DNA from: Anolis carolinensis | Lineage: Eukaryota | Direction: 5' to 3' | Assembly (NCBI RefSeq): GCF_035594765.1 | Contig: NC_085846.1 | Location: 21,501,190 to 21,565,189, forward strand | Length of the DNA stretch: 64,000 nt | Shown here: in pieces, positions 53,190-64,000 of the stretch | How the letters are laid out: each line of letters starts with the position of its first letter | Position numbering within the stretch: position 1 is the first letter of the stretch | Translations under genes and position numbers: made by a program | Notes under the pieces: generated by a model | What the model saw: only the letters and a program-made list of their open reading frames with translations | What the model was told of the DNA's origin: nothing | Databases searched by the model: none

Positions 53190-54179
53190 AATTCCCTGCA
53201 TAGAGACACATAAAAGCATGAAATTTAACGTGCGATGGGAATTCCCCATTGTCTCCATAAAATTCCCCAAAGAATAATATAGAAGACATCACATTTCGTT
53301 ATCTCTTGTTAAAAAGTACTTCCATGAGAAGAAACACAGAAAAGAAAACAGGGCAGGAGACAGTGGGAGGATAATGTGCCCCATGTGATGGGAAGGCAAA
53401 CAGATAACGTGATGGTGGTAGGAAAATCATTTGTTTAATTTCCAAATGGGGTGTTGCAAAGCTTAACGGAAAAACATCGATCCTCAACGCTTTACTTATT
53501 GCGTGGGATGAAGTCGTAAGATTCCTCACTTCATGCTCCCAGACTCAAATTCAATCAACACATAGATCGGATGGTCACCTATATCACCTAGTTGTCTTTC
53601 TTTTGGGTTTGGTGTTTGTATGCATGCATTTGTGGGTTGATATTTCACCCTCCTCTTTTATAGATTTCACTTTATACATGTATGTGGGACATATGGCAGG
53701 CATCAAACTGTGAAAGATGCTAAAGTAAGTCTTAGTAGATGAGTTTAGGAAGAGGAAGCAGAAGATCTGAGCAAGATGTTTCACTTGGGGTGGTGATGTG
53801 ATGTGAAGGAGTATAAATAGGACTGCCTTGAGATGCCGCTATGGAGCAGAAGCAAAAGGTTGCCAGTAATATATTTTTCCATATATATCTAGCAAGGAAA
53901 TAAATTTGGTGCCCATGAAGGGAAACCATAGTGGCAGTATGAGAAGGGAGGGAGGAGCACTGCACCACTAGAGCTTGCCATTAATTTTTAAATCCTGTCC
54001 TCTTCCAAAACGTGAAATTTGTAAAATGATTGATTGTTGTGTAAGATGAGAGAGGACAATGTATTCCAAACCTGGCCATTTTGTTTTCAAAGAGCATCAC
54101 AGCACAATTCCACCTGTTTGCCTGAAATAATGTGCTCATTGTTTATGTTTATGTGAATTAGCAGAATAGAAAAAAAATC

Positions 54180-54185
54180 AATAAA
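54180..54185 (+). terminator. Candidate polyadenylation signal of SLC27A copy 1 (alternative AATAAA at 52702)
   Basis: AATAAA immediately followed by ATTAAA. Confidence 0.3.
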
Positions 54186-54886
54186 ATTAAAATGTTGGAA
54201 AAATCATGAAATGCTGTGGATGGCAGAAACTGGATTTCTTAATTGTTACAATTGATGTCATGCAGCACTAACCAATAGCTGGTACTTGGTACGTTTCTAC
54301 AATTTTCTTAGATGTTTCAAAATGTAATGGGATGTTCAATTTGGGATTGCTAGAGGCTACTGGGATTTGAAGACCAGTAATATTCGGAGAACCAATTGAT
54401 ACTGAAATAAAGCATGTAGGGAGCATTCATATTACAGTATTGCTTCCGTATCCATGGGGAATATGTTCCTGGACTTACTATGGAAACATGAAACTACCGA
54501 TAATAGCAACCTGTGTTGAAATGAATGACTATTGGTGGACACTTACTAGAGAATTGCTCTGGAGGACTTGGCAGATGTCTAGAGAGTACACTCTAGGGTT
54601 TTCAGTGTCCCCCAGCACAACTCTAGCCTGCTGTTGGCAGACACATATCATAGAACTGTACTGGATGAACTAGAAAACGCCGCTTTAGTATTTCTAGTCC
54701 TTAACTTTCTCTGGTAGAATGTCTCTTTTTAGGACTTGATGAAGATAGATGGCAATTCATTCTCTTTGTAAGAACTCTTCATCAGTGGAAGAGATGGCCT
54801 CAGAAGGTGGTGGTTCTTTTTGTTTGGAGGTCTTTAAACAGAGATTGGGTGGTTATCTTTCAGGAGGGCTTTAGTTGTGTACAGTA

Positions 54887-55170
54887 CTGTGCTGGCCCTA
54901 GGTATTTTTCAAGTGTAGGTGAACAGAATTTTGACGCCCCCCCAAGCAATCACTGAAAAATAAAAGCGTTGGATAAGCGAAAATGTTGGATAATAAGGAG
55001 GGATTAAGGAAACGCCTATTAAATATCAAATTACATTAAGATTTTACAAATTAAGCACCAAAACATCATGTTTTACAACAAATCAACAGAAAAAGCAGTC
55101 TCGACTGCGCCCCCGTATGTTTTGTGCCCCAAGCGACCGCTTAATTCGCCTCATTGTTGGACCGGCTCTG
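54887..55170. mobile_element. hAT MITE carrying an internal fragment of the mariner MITE
   Basis: Perfect 8-bp TSD GTACAGTA; right end CCGGCTCTG; about 54966-55098 matches the interior of 11286-11608. Confidence 0.82.
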
Positions 55171-58039
55171 GTACAGTACAACCCACTTCACTCGTTCAGG
55201 GATGATCCCCATCTGAAATCTGGAGGAACTGTTGACACTGATAAAGGGTTGTACCTAGTTGTCTCATTGTAAGACATTCCTGTTGCATGTCAAAGAAGGT
55301 ACTATGGGTAGGACTGGTAGGGAGCAAAGAACACAGTACTGATTAGATAAATCAAAGTAACTTGACTGGGATCCAAGTGTGTTATCAAATCAGTCTTCGG
55401 GAAGCGAGAGGAGGTGAATGAATTCCATCTGATCCACACTTGCTCTTTTGCTTTTGCCTTCCATGCAAGAGGACAGAGCTTACAGCAAGCAATTGAAGGC
55501 TTCTGGTTCACTTTCTCAGAGTCAGCAATAATTATTACCAACATTATAAAGTTAAATAGTAAGGGAGGGGAAGGGGGGTGGGGAGAATGCCACATACTGA
55601 TACCTGTCAGCTCTATATGGGGCATTTTTTCTAACCCCAGTTGAGGAAGTTAGTGACCCTACTTTGGTACCATCTTAATTCTGGTAACACCTTCATGAAT
55701 GGCCATTGTTAATCCAGGACACGAGAGAAGCCTCCCAGCACAATGGTAACACATCCGGGAGTCCCCTGAACAATGTCTCTGTAGATGGCCAATTCTCTCA
55801 CACCAGAAGCGATAAGCAGTATGTCCTCAAGTTGCTTCTGACGTGATAAAAAACCCTATTAATCCCATTTTATAGTTAATGGACTGAAGCTGATAAATAT
55901 TAACTTTCTGAAGACCACTTGGCCTCGTGTATAAAATGATTGAATAGACACAAAAACAATGAAAAATTTCTCAAGTATATACAAAAAAAGGTTATTGTTG
56001 TAAGGCAAATAACTGACAGGTTGCTATGTTGCTTCTGCTGAAAACTGCCAGTGGCATCTATTTGTCTTATTAGGATGGCTGCTGATGAGAAGCTTGATTG
56101 CCCAACCAAAACTAGGATGCGTGTGGTTTCATCGGGCACATCTTCACTGCAGAGTGAATGCCATTTGATACCACTTTAATTGATATGGCTCAAAGCAATG
56201 GAACCATGGAAGTTATAGTTTTACAAGATCTTTAGCCTTCTCTGCCAGAGTGCTGGTTCATCAGCAAACTACAACTTCACAGGGTTCTATAACACTGAGC
56301 CATGGCAGTTAAAGGATGTCAAACTGTATTACTTCTACAGTATAGATGCACTCATAGTAGCTTGACCATTTTAACATGTATTTAACAACTGCATGTGATA
56401 TCTCCCATAAAGCCATACTCTATGAACAGGCCCTATATCAGTGGTTCTCAACTCGGGGTCCCCAGCTGGTAAACTGGCTGGGATTTCTGGGAGTTGAAGG
56501 CCAAAAACAGTGGCGTTGTTCATAGACACCCCCAAGGTCATGTGGCCTGCATGACTACATGGAGCTCTATTACCTCCCCGCTGGAGCGGTACCTATTGAT
56601 CTACTCACATTTTCATGCTTTTGAACTGCTAGGTTGGCAGAATAGGGGCTAATAGTGGGAGCTCACTCTATTCCCCGGATTCGAACCGCCGACCTTTTGC
56701 ATACTCTGAACTAAATGAACTAGCGTGCACTCTCTCAGACATGCAGGGAGTTAGGCCAGGATCGCATTTTGGGAACAAACACACCCCAAAGCAGAGGGTT
56801 GTTGCAAGCAGGGACAGGTTAATCTGTTCTGTTGCATCCAAAAGGAGAGTTTGCTGAGTAAGCTGGGCTGGAAAAAAAGAAGCAATTGTACTTGGCAGGA
56901 GAGATAAAGGAAGAAGGTGCAGTTAGCCACGGGCAGCAAAGAGCAGTACAAAACAAAGTGCAATACAAGAAACACAGGCAAACATGTCAAGAAATGTGTG
57001 GTTGTGTTATTTTTGGTGAAGGAGGGAACTCGGTATTCTGGGGCCTCTGATATCCATTAGGGTTTGGGTTCCAGGACCTCCCTGTGGACAGCAAAATCTG
57101 TGGATGTTCAAACCTCATTATATACAAAGGAATAGTAAAATGGTATCGATATAAAATGGCAAACTTGCTTTCATATCTCCTCTGGAAGTTATCATTATTT
57201 TGTGCTTAGAAATTTTTCAAATTCCTAGAGAGGATACATGCAACAAAACTCTTAAGGCAGTGGGTCTCGACCTGTGAGTCGCCAGATGTTTTGGCCTTCA
57301 ACTCCCAGAAATTCTTACAGCTGGTAAACTGGCTGGGATTTCTGGGAGTTGTAGACCAAAATGCCCGGGGACTCACAGGTTGAGAACTTCTGCTCTAAGA
57401 TATATTAGTACTGGAGGTGAGATAATGGCATTCAATCATATCCAGTTGATAGATCGCAGTTACCCAGTGTGTTTCATGGCTGAGCAAAAGACCAAGAAGA
57501 AATGGAGCCAATCAAGAAATATCTCAAAAATCCAGTCTCAGAAGTGAAGATGTCTCAAATGAGACTTCTGATAAATCTGATTCTGTTCCAAATTTTCACT
57601 ACTTTTAAAAAACAATACTGCCAGGTTTCAGTGCAGTATCTCTCTATATAAAGGGGTAATGGACTTTCTACCTAGAAACAACAAAACCACACAACCCAAA
57701 CACACGAAACTTGGCAACACAACCCAAAATCCTTGCCCCAAGGTTCGTACAATAAAATGACACATCATGAATGGAAACTTGCCCCCAAAACCCCCAAAAA
57801 ATTAAAAGTAAGTTTATGTTGGTTAAAATTGTTCTTCATTTTAAGTATTATATTGGTTTTTTTTTTACAGTTTTTGTGCACTACAAAAAGGATATGTGCA
57901 GCGTGCAAAGGAATTCATTTTTTCAAACTATAGTCTGGGCCCCCAACAGTCTGAGGGCCCATAAACTGTCCCTCTGCTTAAAAAGTTCAAGGGCTCCTGG
58001 CATACACCCTCTGTGTTCATTAGGTGGAACAAAACTTCT

Positions 58040-58251
58040 AAGGGCTGTGGCGCAGGCTGGTTAGCAGTCAGTTGCAACAAACCACTCTGACCAAGAGGTC
58101 ATGAGTTCAAGGCCAGCACGGTGCCTGCGTCTGTCTCTGTCTCTGTTGTATGTTAAGGCATTGAATGTTTGCCTTATATGTGTAATGTGATCCGCCCTGA
58201 GTCCCCTTCAGGGTGAGAAGGTCAGAATATAAATACTGTAAATAAATAAAA
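58040..58251 (+). mobile_element. tRNA-derived SINE with L2-type tail, inside the Helitron
   Basis: GGGCTGTGGCGCAGGCTGG A box, GAGTTCAAGGCC B box, CCGCCCTGAGTCCCC..(TAAA)n tail. Confidence 0.7.
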
Positions 58252-59419
58252 CTGAGAAAAAATTATGTGCACCTAAGTCAACCTGGATTCCGCGTGAGGC
58301 CCTCGCACGCTCCACCCCCGCTCCACAACCGCCACTCGTGCACAAGCCATTCCCCGCCGTGCCAGCCATCTTGCCCACCATCCCCACAACACAGTGCGAG
58401 GAAACAGAGAGAGCAGAAACAGCGTTGACATCCTGTACGGGGCTTACCGTTTCCCCCCGCATTTCTTCAGCCTTCTTTCCAAACCAACATGAGTTTGGAA
58501 GGCGGAGGAAAGGAAAGACCGCCCAGGAAGACAACAAGGGAGGCAAAATCAGCAGTTTCACCTCACAGGACTCCACAGCAGAGCTTGCTGTATGTCCTCA
58601 CACGACACTAAAACAGTACGGTGGCCTCCAAATAGCGGGTGGAGACATCCTCAGGGGGTGGGGCAGAAGGAAGGAGCCGGGACAACAAGATAGCCTGACA
58701 AACTGCCACTGCAAAGGGGGCGGATGGCTGTATGACAGAAAAAAAAGGTGTGCGCCACAAAATTGCGCTGACAGACACAGCGCAAGAGTAAGGTGGCCAG
58801 CACATCGTGGAACTGAGGAACCTTGGGGGGGGGGGGAGGGAAAGGAAGGGGCCAGGACAGCAAGGGGCCCTGAAAAACTCTGCTGCATCCTACTCTTGGA
58901 TGGGAGGGAAGGGAGCGAAGAGGCCAAACTGCTGTATCACATAAAATAAAATGGCGGAGGGCACAAAATGGGGCCAACAGCCACACCGACAGAGTCAAGT
59001 GGCCTCCAAAAAGTGCTTCGGAGGATCCTCGGGGGTGGGGGGTGGGGGTGGGAGGGAAGGGCCCAGGAGAGCAGGGGAGGCTGACAAACTCTCACACATC
59101 CTAAACTTGGACGGGAGGGAAGGGAGCGAAGGGTTTTGAGGCGAGGAGGGGAAATTGGAAGGTCTCTTTCGAGGGCAGAAAATAATTGAGTGGAAATGGG
59201 GGCCAATGGACAGGGAAGGGGAAAAGGGGGAGTTTGGGGTGAGGAGACAATAATCATAATAATAATAACATGGGGCCAATGGACAGGGGAAGGGGAATGG
59301 GGGAGGTTCGGGGTGAGGAGACAATAATAACAACAACAATAAGAATAATATGGGGCCAATGCAGAGGGGAATGAGAAATCTTTGGGGTGAACAGGAAAGA
59401 ATAATAACAAGAATAACAA

Positions 59420-59460
<41 letters not shown>

Positions 59461-59871
59461 TCCTGTTTCCCCTAAAATAAGACATCCCCAGAAAAGACCT
59501 AGTAGAGGTTTTGCTGAATTGCTAAATATAAGACATCCCCCGAAAGTAAGACCTAGCAAAGTTTTTGTTTGGAAGCATGCCCAACGAACAGAACACCAGA
59601 ACATGCAGGATTGGTAAATGTACGTACCATAGGGTGTTGTACATGGAAATATTGGTAGTAACAAGAAATTCTTGATAGGATTCTTGTCTGGTTATGCTGC
59701 TTTGTGATAACAACTACTGTACAGTATATAATAAATGTTCATTTTTTTGTTCAACAATAAATGTGAATTCTTCTTCATGGAAAAATAAGACGTCCCCTGA
59801 AAATAAGACCTAGCGCATCTTTGGGAGCAAAAATTAATATAAGACACTGTCTTATTTTCGGGGAAACACAG
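59461..59871. mobile_element. Tc2/pogo-like MITE inside the Helitron
   Basis: 23-bp TIR ..TGTTTCCCC.AAAATAAGAC / GTCTTATTTTCGGGGAAACACAG; TA on both sides; adjacent to (CTA)n tracts. Confidence 0.78.
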
Positions 59872-59921
59872 TACTAATAATAATAAGGAACTAATGGGGG
59901 GTCCTTGGGGTGACCACAAAA

Positions 59922-59974
<53 letters not shown>

Positions 59975-60908
59975 ATAATAATAATAATAATAAAAAAACA
60001 CTAATAACAGAGGGTCCTCACAGCAAAGGGTAATAGGGCTACTCTCAAACCAAGCAAATAATATATTGGGGGGGGGGGGGATGCCTAAACTCCCTTGAAC
60101 AGTTCAATAAAATGCCCATTGAACTGGATTATACGGCAGTCTGGACTCAGATAACCCAGCTCAAACCAGATAGTGTGATTTACCTACCACGAGATTCTAG
60201 GGTCCCTTCCGCAGAACTGAATGCCATCGCCCATTTCCTGCTTTGAACTGGGTTCACTCTGAACAACACTCTAACAACAAGGGCATTCCAGACATGAAAC
60301 AATCAGGGCCAGCTAACACCTTCCCAACAAAACATTCCCCCAGGGAGGAAGCAGCCAGGGTTTGAAGCTGAAAGCCCATTATATCCATAACATTCTACAA
60401 AACTGCGGCCTTCAGACTTGCCTCCAACAGACAAAACTAACAGCCAGAAATATTGTATATTCACATACTATAGAAACTAACATATACTAACTACCGCCAA
60501 TTCTTCAGTACTTTATTTCCAACACCACCACAATTTGCCACATCATCACGTGGCCGGGCACAGCTAGTGATTTCATATAATGCCATTCCAATATAAAGAA
60601 TGAGGTCATAAAGCAAGCTGTGTTATGTGTGAGATGTTGCAAGGAAAAGCAGTTGGGAGACACCAGGCAGAAAAGAGCGAGGCAGCATTCAAGTGTGATC
60701 TCCTGCCAGTGAAAGGTTAGCGACTGGGAGCCAAGGATTTCCTCAAATCAGCCTGCAGGGACAGAGGGGCGGGAAGGGTGAGAATTTTCCTCTCGTTGGT
60801 TGTTGCTCTTTGCTTCTTGTCTTCCACACAGAAGGAGTTGGACAGAGCCCTCAAAAAGCAGTGTGCCTGCTGCTGCCAAGGCATTTGATCAGACTCCAGA
60901 TCCTAGCC

Positions 60909-61386
60909 ATGTTGGACCTGTATACAATTGCGCTGGGGCTGCTGATTCTTTTGCCCCTCCTGGGAAACATTTTCTTCCCCTACCTTTGGCTGGACCTGGT
61001 CTACTTATTTACAATAGTGAAACGTGGATACAAATGCCTCCAGTGTCTTCGGCAGAATCCTCCTGTTACCCTCCTGGATGTTTTTTTGGAGAAAGTCAAG
61101 AAACATCCCAAGAAGCCACTGATTCTCTTTGGAGATGAGGTCTATACCTACCAAGACATCGACAAGCGCAGCAATCAGGTGGCCAGAGTGTTACAGGGCC
61201 ATGTGGGGCTGAAAGAATGTCAAACGATGGCCGTTTTCCTGAAGAATGTTCCTGCCTATGTCTGGGTCTGGATGGGCTTGGAGAAAATTAGCTGTACCAT
61301 GGCTTGTATCAATTACAACATCCGATCAAAGTCCCTGTTACACGTGCTCAGCTCCTGCGATGCCAAAGTGCTATTCACCACTCCAG
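60909..61386 (+). CDS. SLC27A2-like: Very-long-chain acyl-CoA synthetase / FATP, tandem copy 2, exon 1 (gene continues past the window)
   Basis: 478-nt exon with 20 substitutions relative to copy 1, open frame and the same donor. The window ends about 33 nt before the position equivalent to exon 2. Confidence 0.9.
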
Positions 61387-64000
61387 GTGAGCTACACTGT
61401 GTGCTTATATCCAAATGGGGATCAGAGATGTGTTTACGTTTTGTTCTCTTTGGTCATTGTCCTATTCCCCCCCATAACTTTCTCAAAAGTTTTGTATAAA
61501 TATAACCTCTCCTGCATTTAATTTGAAAAACTATTTGAAAACTGCTGTAAATGCAGGAAACAGAGCGAGGAGAATCTGTGTCAAAAGTCATAGATACCAC
61601 TCAATATCTAGCTGTTAGTTTGAATTTCTCTTAGCAATACAGCTTCTAGAGCCAGGAAAGCTAGTTTTCTGCAAAACTAATTGGTCAAGAGACCTGGGTG
61701 TGTAATTTGAAAGAAATATATATGGTTGACTGTATTCTGGAAGCAATGGGTGTTGTATAGGTCTGGCTCTCAGGCTTTGAAGGATGCCTCTACACTGGAC
61801 AATTAATACAGTTTGACGTCACTTTAACAGTCATGGCTTGATGCTATAGAATCATAGGAATTGTAGTTTTACAAGGTCTTTAGTTCTCGCAATCATTGTT
61901 GGCGTCTCACCAAACTACAAATCCCAGGATTCCATACATTGACCCTTGATGATTAAAGTGATATTAAACTTCATAAATTCTCCAGTGTAGATACACTCAA
62001 AGACATGAATGGATCTTAAATTAGGAGCAGGTAGTTTTTAAAGGCTGTTACTGCTGGTCTGGCTTCTTAAGTAGTGCAAGAAAAACCCCCAAACTGACTT
62101 TTTGAATCCTTTCTCTTTACACAACTGCTCTGCATTCTATCCCCATTACACATTTGGCCCTAAATTTAACACTGCGAGATGAGGGTTTAAATCTCCACTT
62201 TGCCATGGAAACCCACTGGGTGACCTTGGGCAAGTCACACTATCCCAGCCTCCCAGAAAGGCAAAGACAAACTCCCTCTGAGCAAATTCTGCCAGAAAAC
62301 CTGGCCATAGATTTGCCTTAGGGTCTCCATAAGAAAAACAACTAGAAGGCATGCAAGAAAAATAACTAGCATAAAACCATGTAATCAACAGCATTTCTAA
62401 TGAATGGATTTATCCTTCAACAGTGGATTTATTAGAAACTGGTAATTGGATTTTTTCTGTTTTTGCTCTGGGTTGCTGAAAGATCCGTTTTCTCTCGGCC
62501 CATTATGTGGGGGCTCCCCAGGCTCCTCCTCCCTTCCTTTTAGGCATTTACGCTCTACTCTAGAGGAGAGCCGCTCAGCTGCAGGGAGGCAGGCACTTTA
62601 AGGAGGCTTCTTACCTGTTTCTTACTCTAGAGGCGGCACTTGACTGCAGACAGGCGCATGCGCTTTTTGGGCCTGCAAGCCACGCACACTTTCCATGTAA
62701 TGGAGGCAAGTTCTCTTACTCCAGAGGAAGGTTTTGGCTGCAGGCAGGCATGATTTCTGGGTCTGCATGCCACACACACCTTCCAAGGCAAGGAAGCAAG
62801 TTTACTCTAGAGTTCCTTGGCTGTAGGCAGGCACACACACTTTTTTGCCCTGCACGCCACACATGCACTCTTTCCAAGGCAAGGAGGCTGCTCAGAAAAA
62901 GCAGGCAAAGATCCGGGATCAGCTCCCGCTTGCTTTTGTGTCAAGCTGATTTTTGTACTGGAAGTGGGCCTCCCGTTACGTCCTCCCAAAGGTGCCAGAG
63001 GTTTTGGCATCATTTTTCAAAAGTTTGTGACTTCTAACAAGGTCATGCCTTTCAAAAGATCATAAAATCTTCAAACAGTTATGGATATTTTAATTTTCCA
63101 AAATAGAGAAAGTAAATTAAACTATGAATTATAGATCCTGTGGCTACAGAAGGGGGGTGGGGTGGGAGTAAGTCATACTATACTCCTCCCTAAACTGCAT
63201 ATTCCATAATTCTACAGGATGTAATTAAAGTGAAATCAATTTCTGTTATGTGAAAATGCCACAGGTAAAGAAGATTCAGAGTGGAATCAAAACAACTTAC
63301 TGGATTGTTGCCCAGAAATCCTTGTTTAAACACATGCACATCCTACCTCAAATAAACTATTGTGCAATTTTACAGACTAGCAATGTGTTTTATATAGATT
63401 TATTTTTTATAGACTTTTATTGATCATTTTGAAAACCAAATACAGATGTTGACAATTGCTTGTGAATTTCTGAATGGATCAGAAAACTATGTATGTTAAC
63501 ATAAATATTAAAATTATTATTTATTATTATGTTTATTTATACCCCACTTCAATAAAATTAAGAATTTACAAATGTGCAAACATTAAAACAGAATTAAACA
63601 TCAATAGTACTGTTAAAAAAATCACAGTTAAAATCCATAAAAACATATTCAACATTACAAAATATAAAAGGATAACAGCTTTTCTTGACTTGGATTTTTA
63701 TGTCAGCATTAGAGGAAAGGGGACATTTCTGCTGGGCTGGCGAACAAAAGGAAATCCATCCCTATTACTATCCTCACTGAATCAATAGCATTCTTTATTC
63801 ATGGAAAGAAAGGAAAGCTGAACCAAATGAGTGCCAAAACAAATGCTGTTCCAGATTTTGTTGCCTCTATACAACTTTTGTCAATAGGGGTGCATTGAAA
63901 AGCTATTATTTATAATCAGATTACATCATTTTTCATTGTGGAATTTTGGGGTAGACGATTGTTTGCCAGTATTCCCAAACATGCAAGTTAGAAAGCAAGG

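Larger units (their letters stand above)
57639..60567 (+). mobile_element. Non-autonomous Helitron, 2929 bp, mosaic cargo
   Basis: 5' TC, 3' CTAG, subterminal hairpin GCCAC-N8-GTGGC (60537-60554), inserted between A and T with no TSD. The empty site GTGCAGTA|TGATTTCA is in copy 1 at 40222/40223. Confidence 0.92.
56510..64000 (+). repeat. Tandem segmental duplication of about 38170-43490 (SLC27A 5' region)
   Basis: Collinear blocks: 38361-38492 / 56694-56826; 40092-40222 / 57508-57638; 40223-41730 / 60568-62080; 42070-42627 / 62455-63108; 42840-43490 / 63380-64000. Confidence 0.92.

Noticed and set aside
58338-59485. Several 100-200 aa ORFs inside the Helitron
   Set aside because: No Rep/helicase or other recognisable motifs; low-complexity repeats.
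60810-60908. In-frame upstream extension of SLC27A copy 2 resembling the longer SLC27A5 N-terminus
   Set aside because: It has no ATG, and a 5-nt indel puts it out of frame in copy 1.

Overview
Squamate genomic DNA, most likely an Anolis lizard, judged from its repeat families (Sauria SINE, Bov-B/RTE, CR1, L2, Penelope, Helitron, hAT, Tc1/mariner and Chapaev3-type MITEs). Four protein-coding loci can be supported. (1) A + strand C2H2 zinc-finger gene (CDS 6005-6104 + 7521-8401) with a frameshifted KRAB-A exon, a Leu heptad repeat built inside a dead finger, and six fingers with alternating recognition helices. (2) ZBTB45 on the - strand (23466-21927 + 19973-19414; 699 aa) with an unusual WK-repeat C-terminal tail. 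(3) A complete 10-exon, 620-aa FATP / very-long-chain acyl-CoA synthetase gene (40560-51840, +) that is SLC27A2-like in sequence but lies next to ZBTB45, as SLC27A5 does in mammals. (4) Exon 1 of a tandem duplicate of that gene (60909-61386), cut off by the window end. The main non-gene findings are a 2.9-kb cargo-carrying Helitron in the promoter of the duplicate, whose empty site is visible in copy 1, and Penelope-derived minimal hammerhead ribozyme motifs, three with intact cores on the + strand (one inside the ZNF intron). All alignments and counts were done by eye; comparisons to human proteins and repeat families are from memory and need database confirmation.
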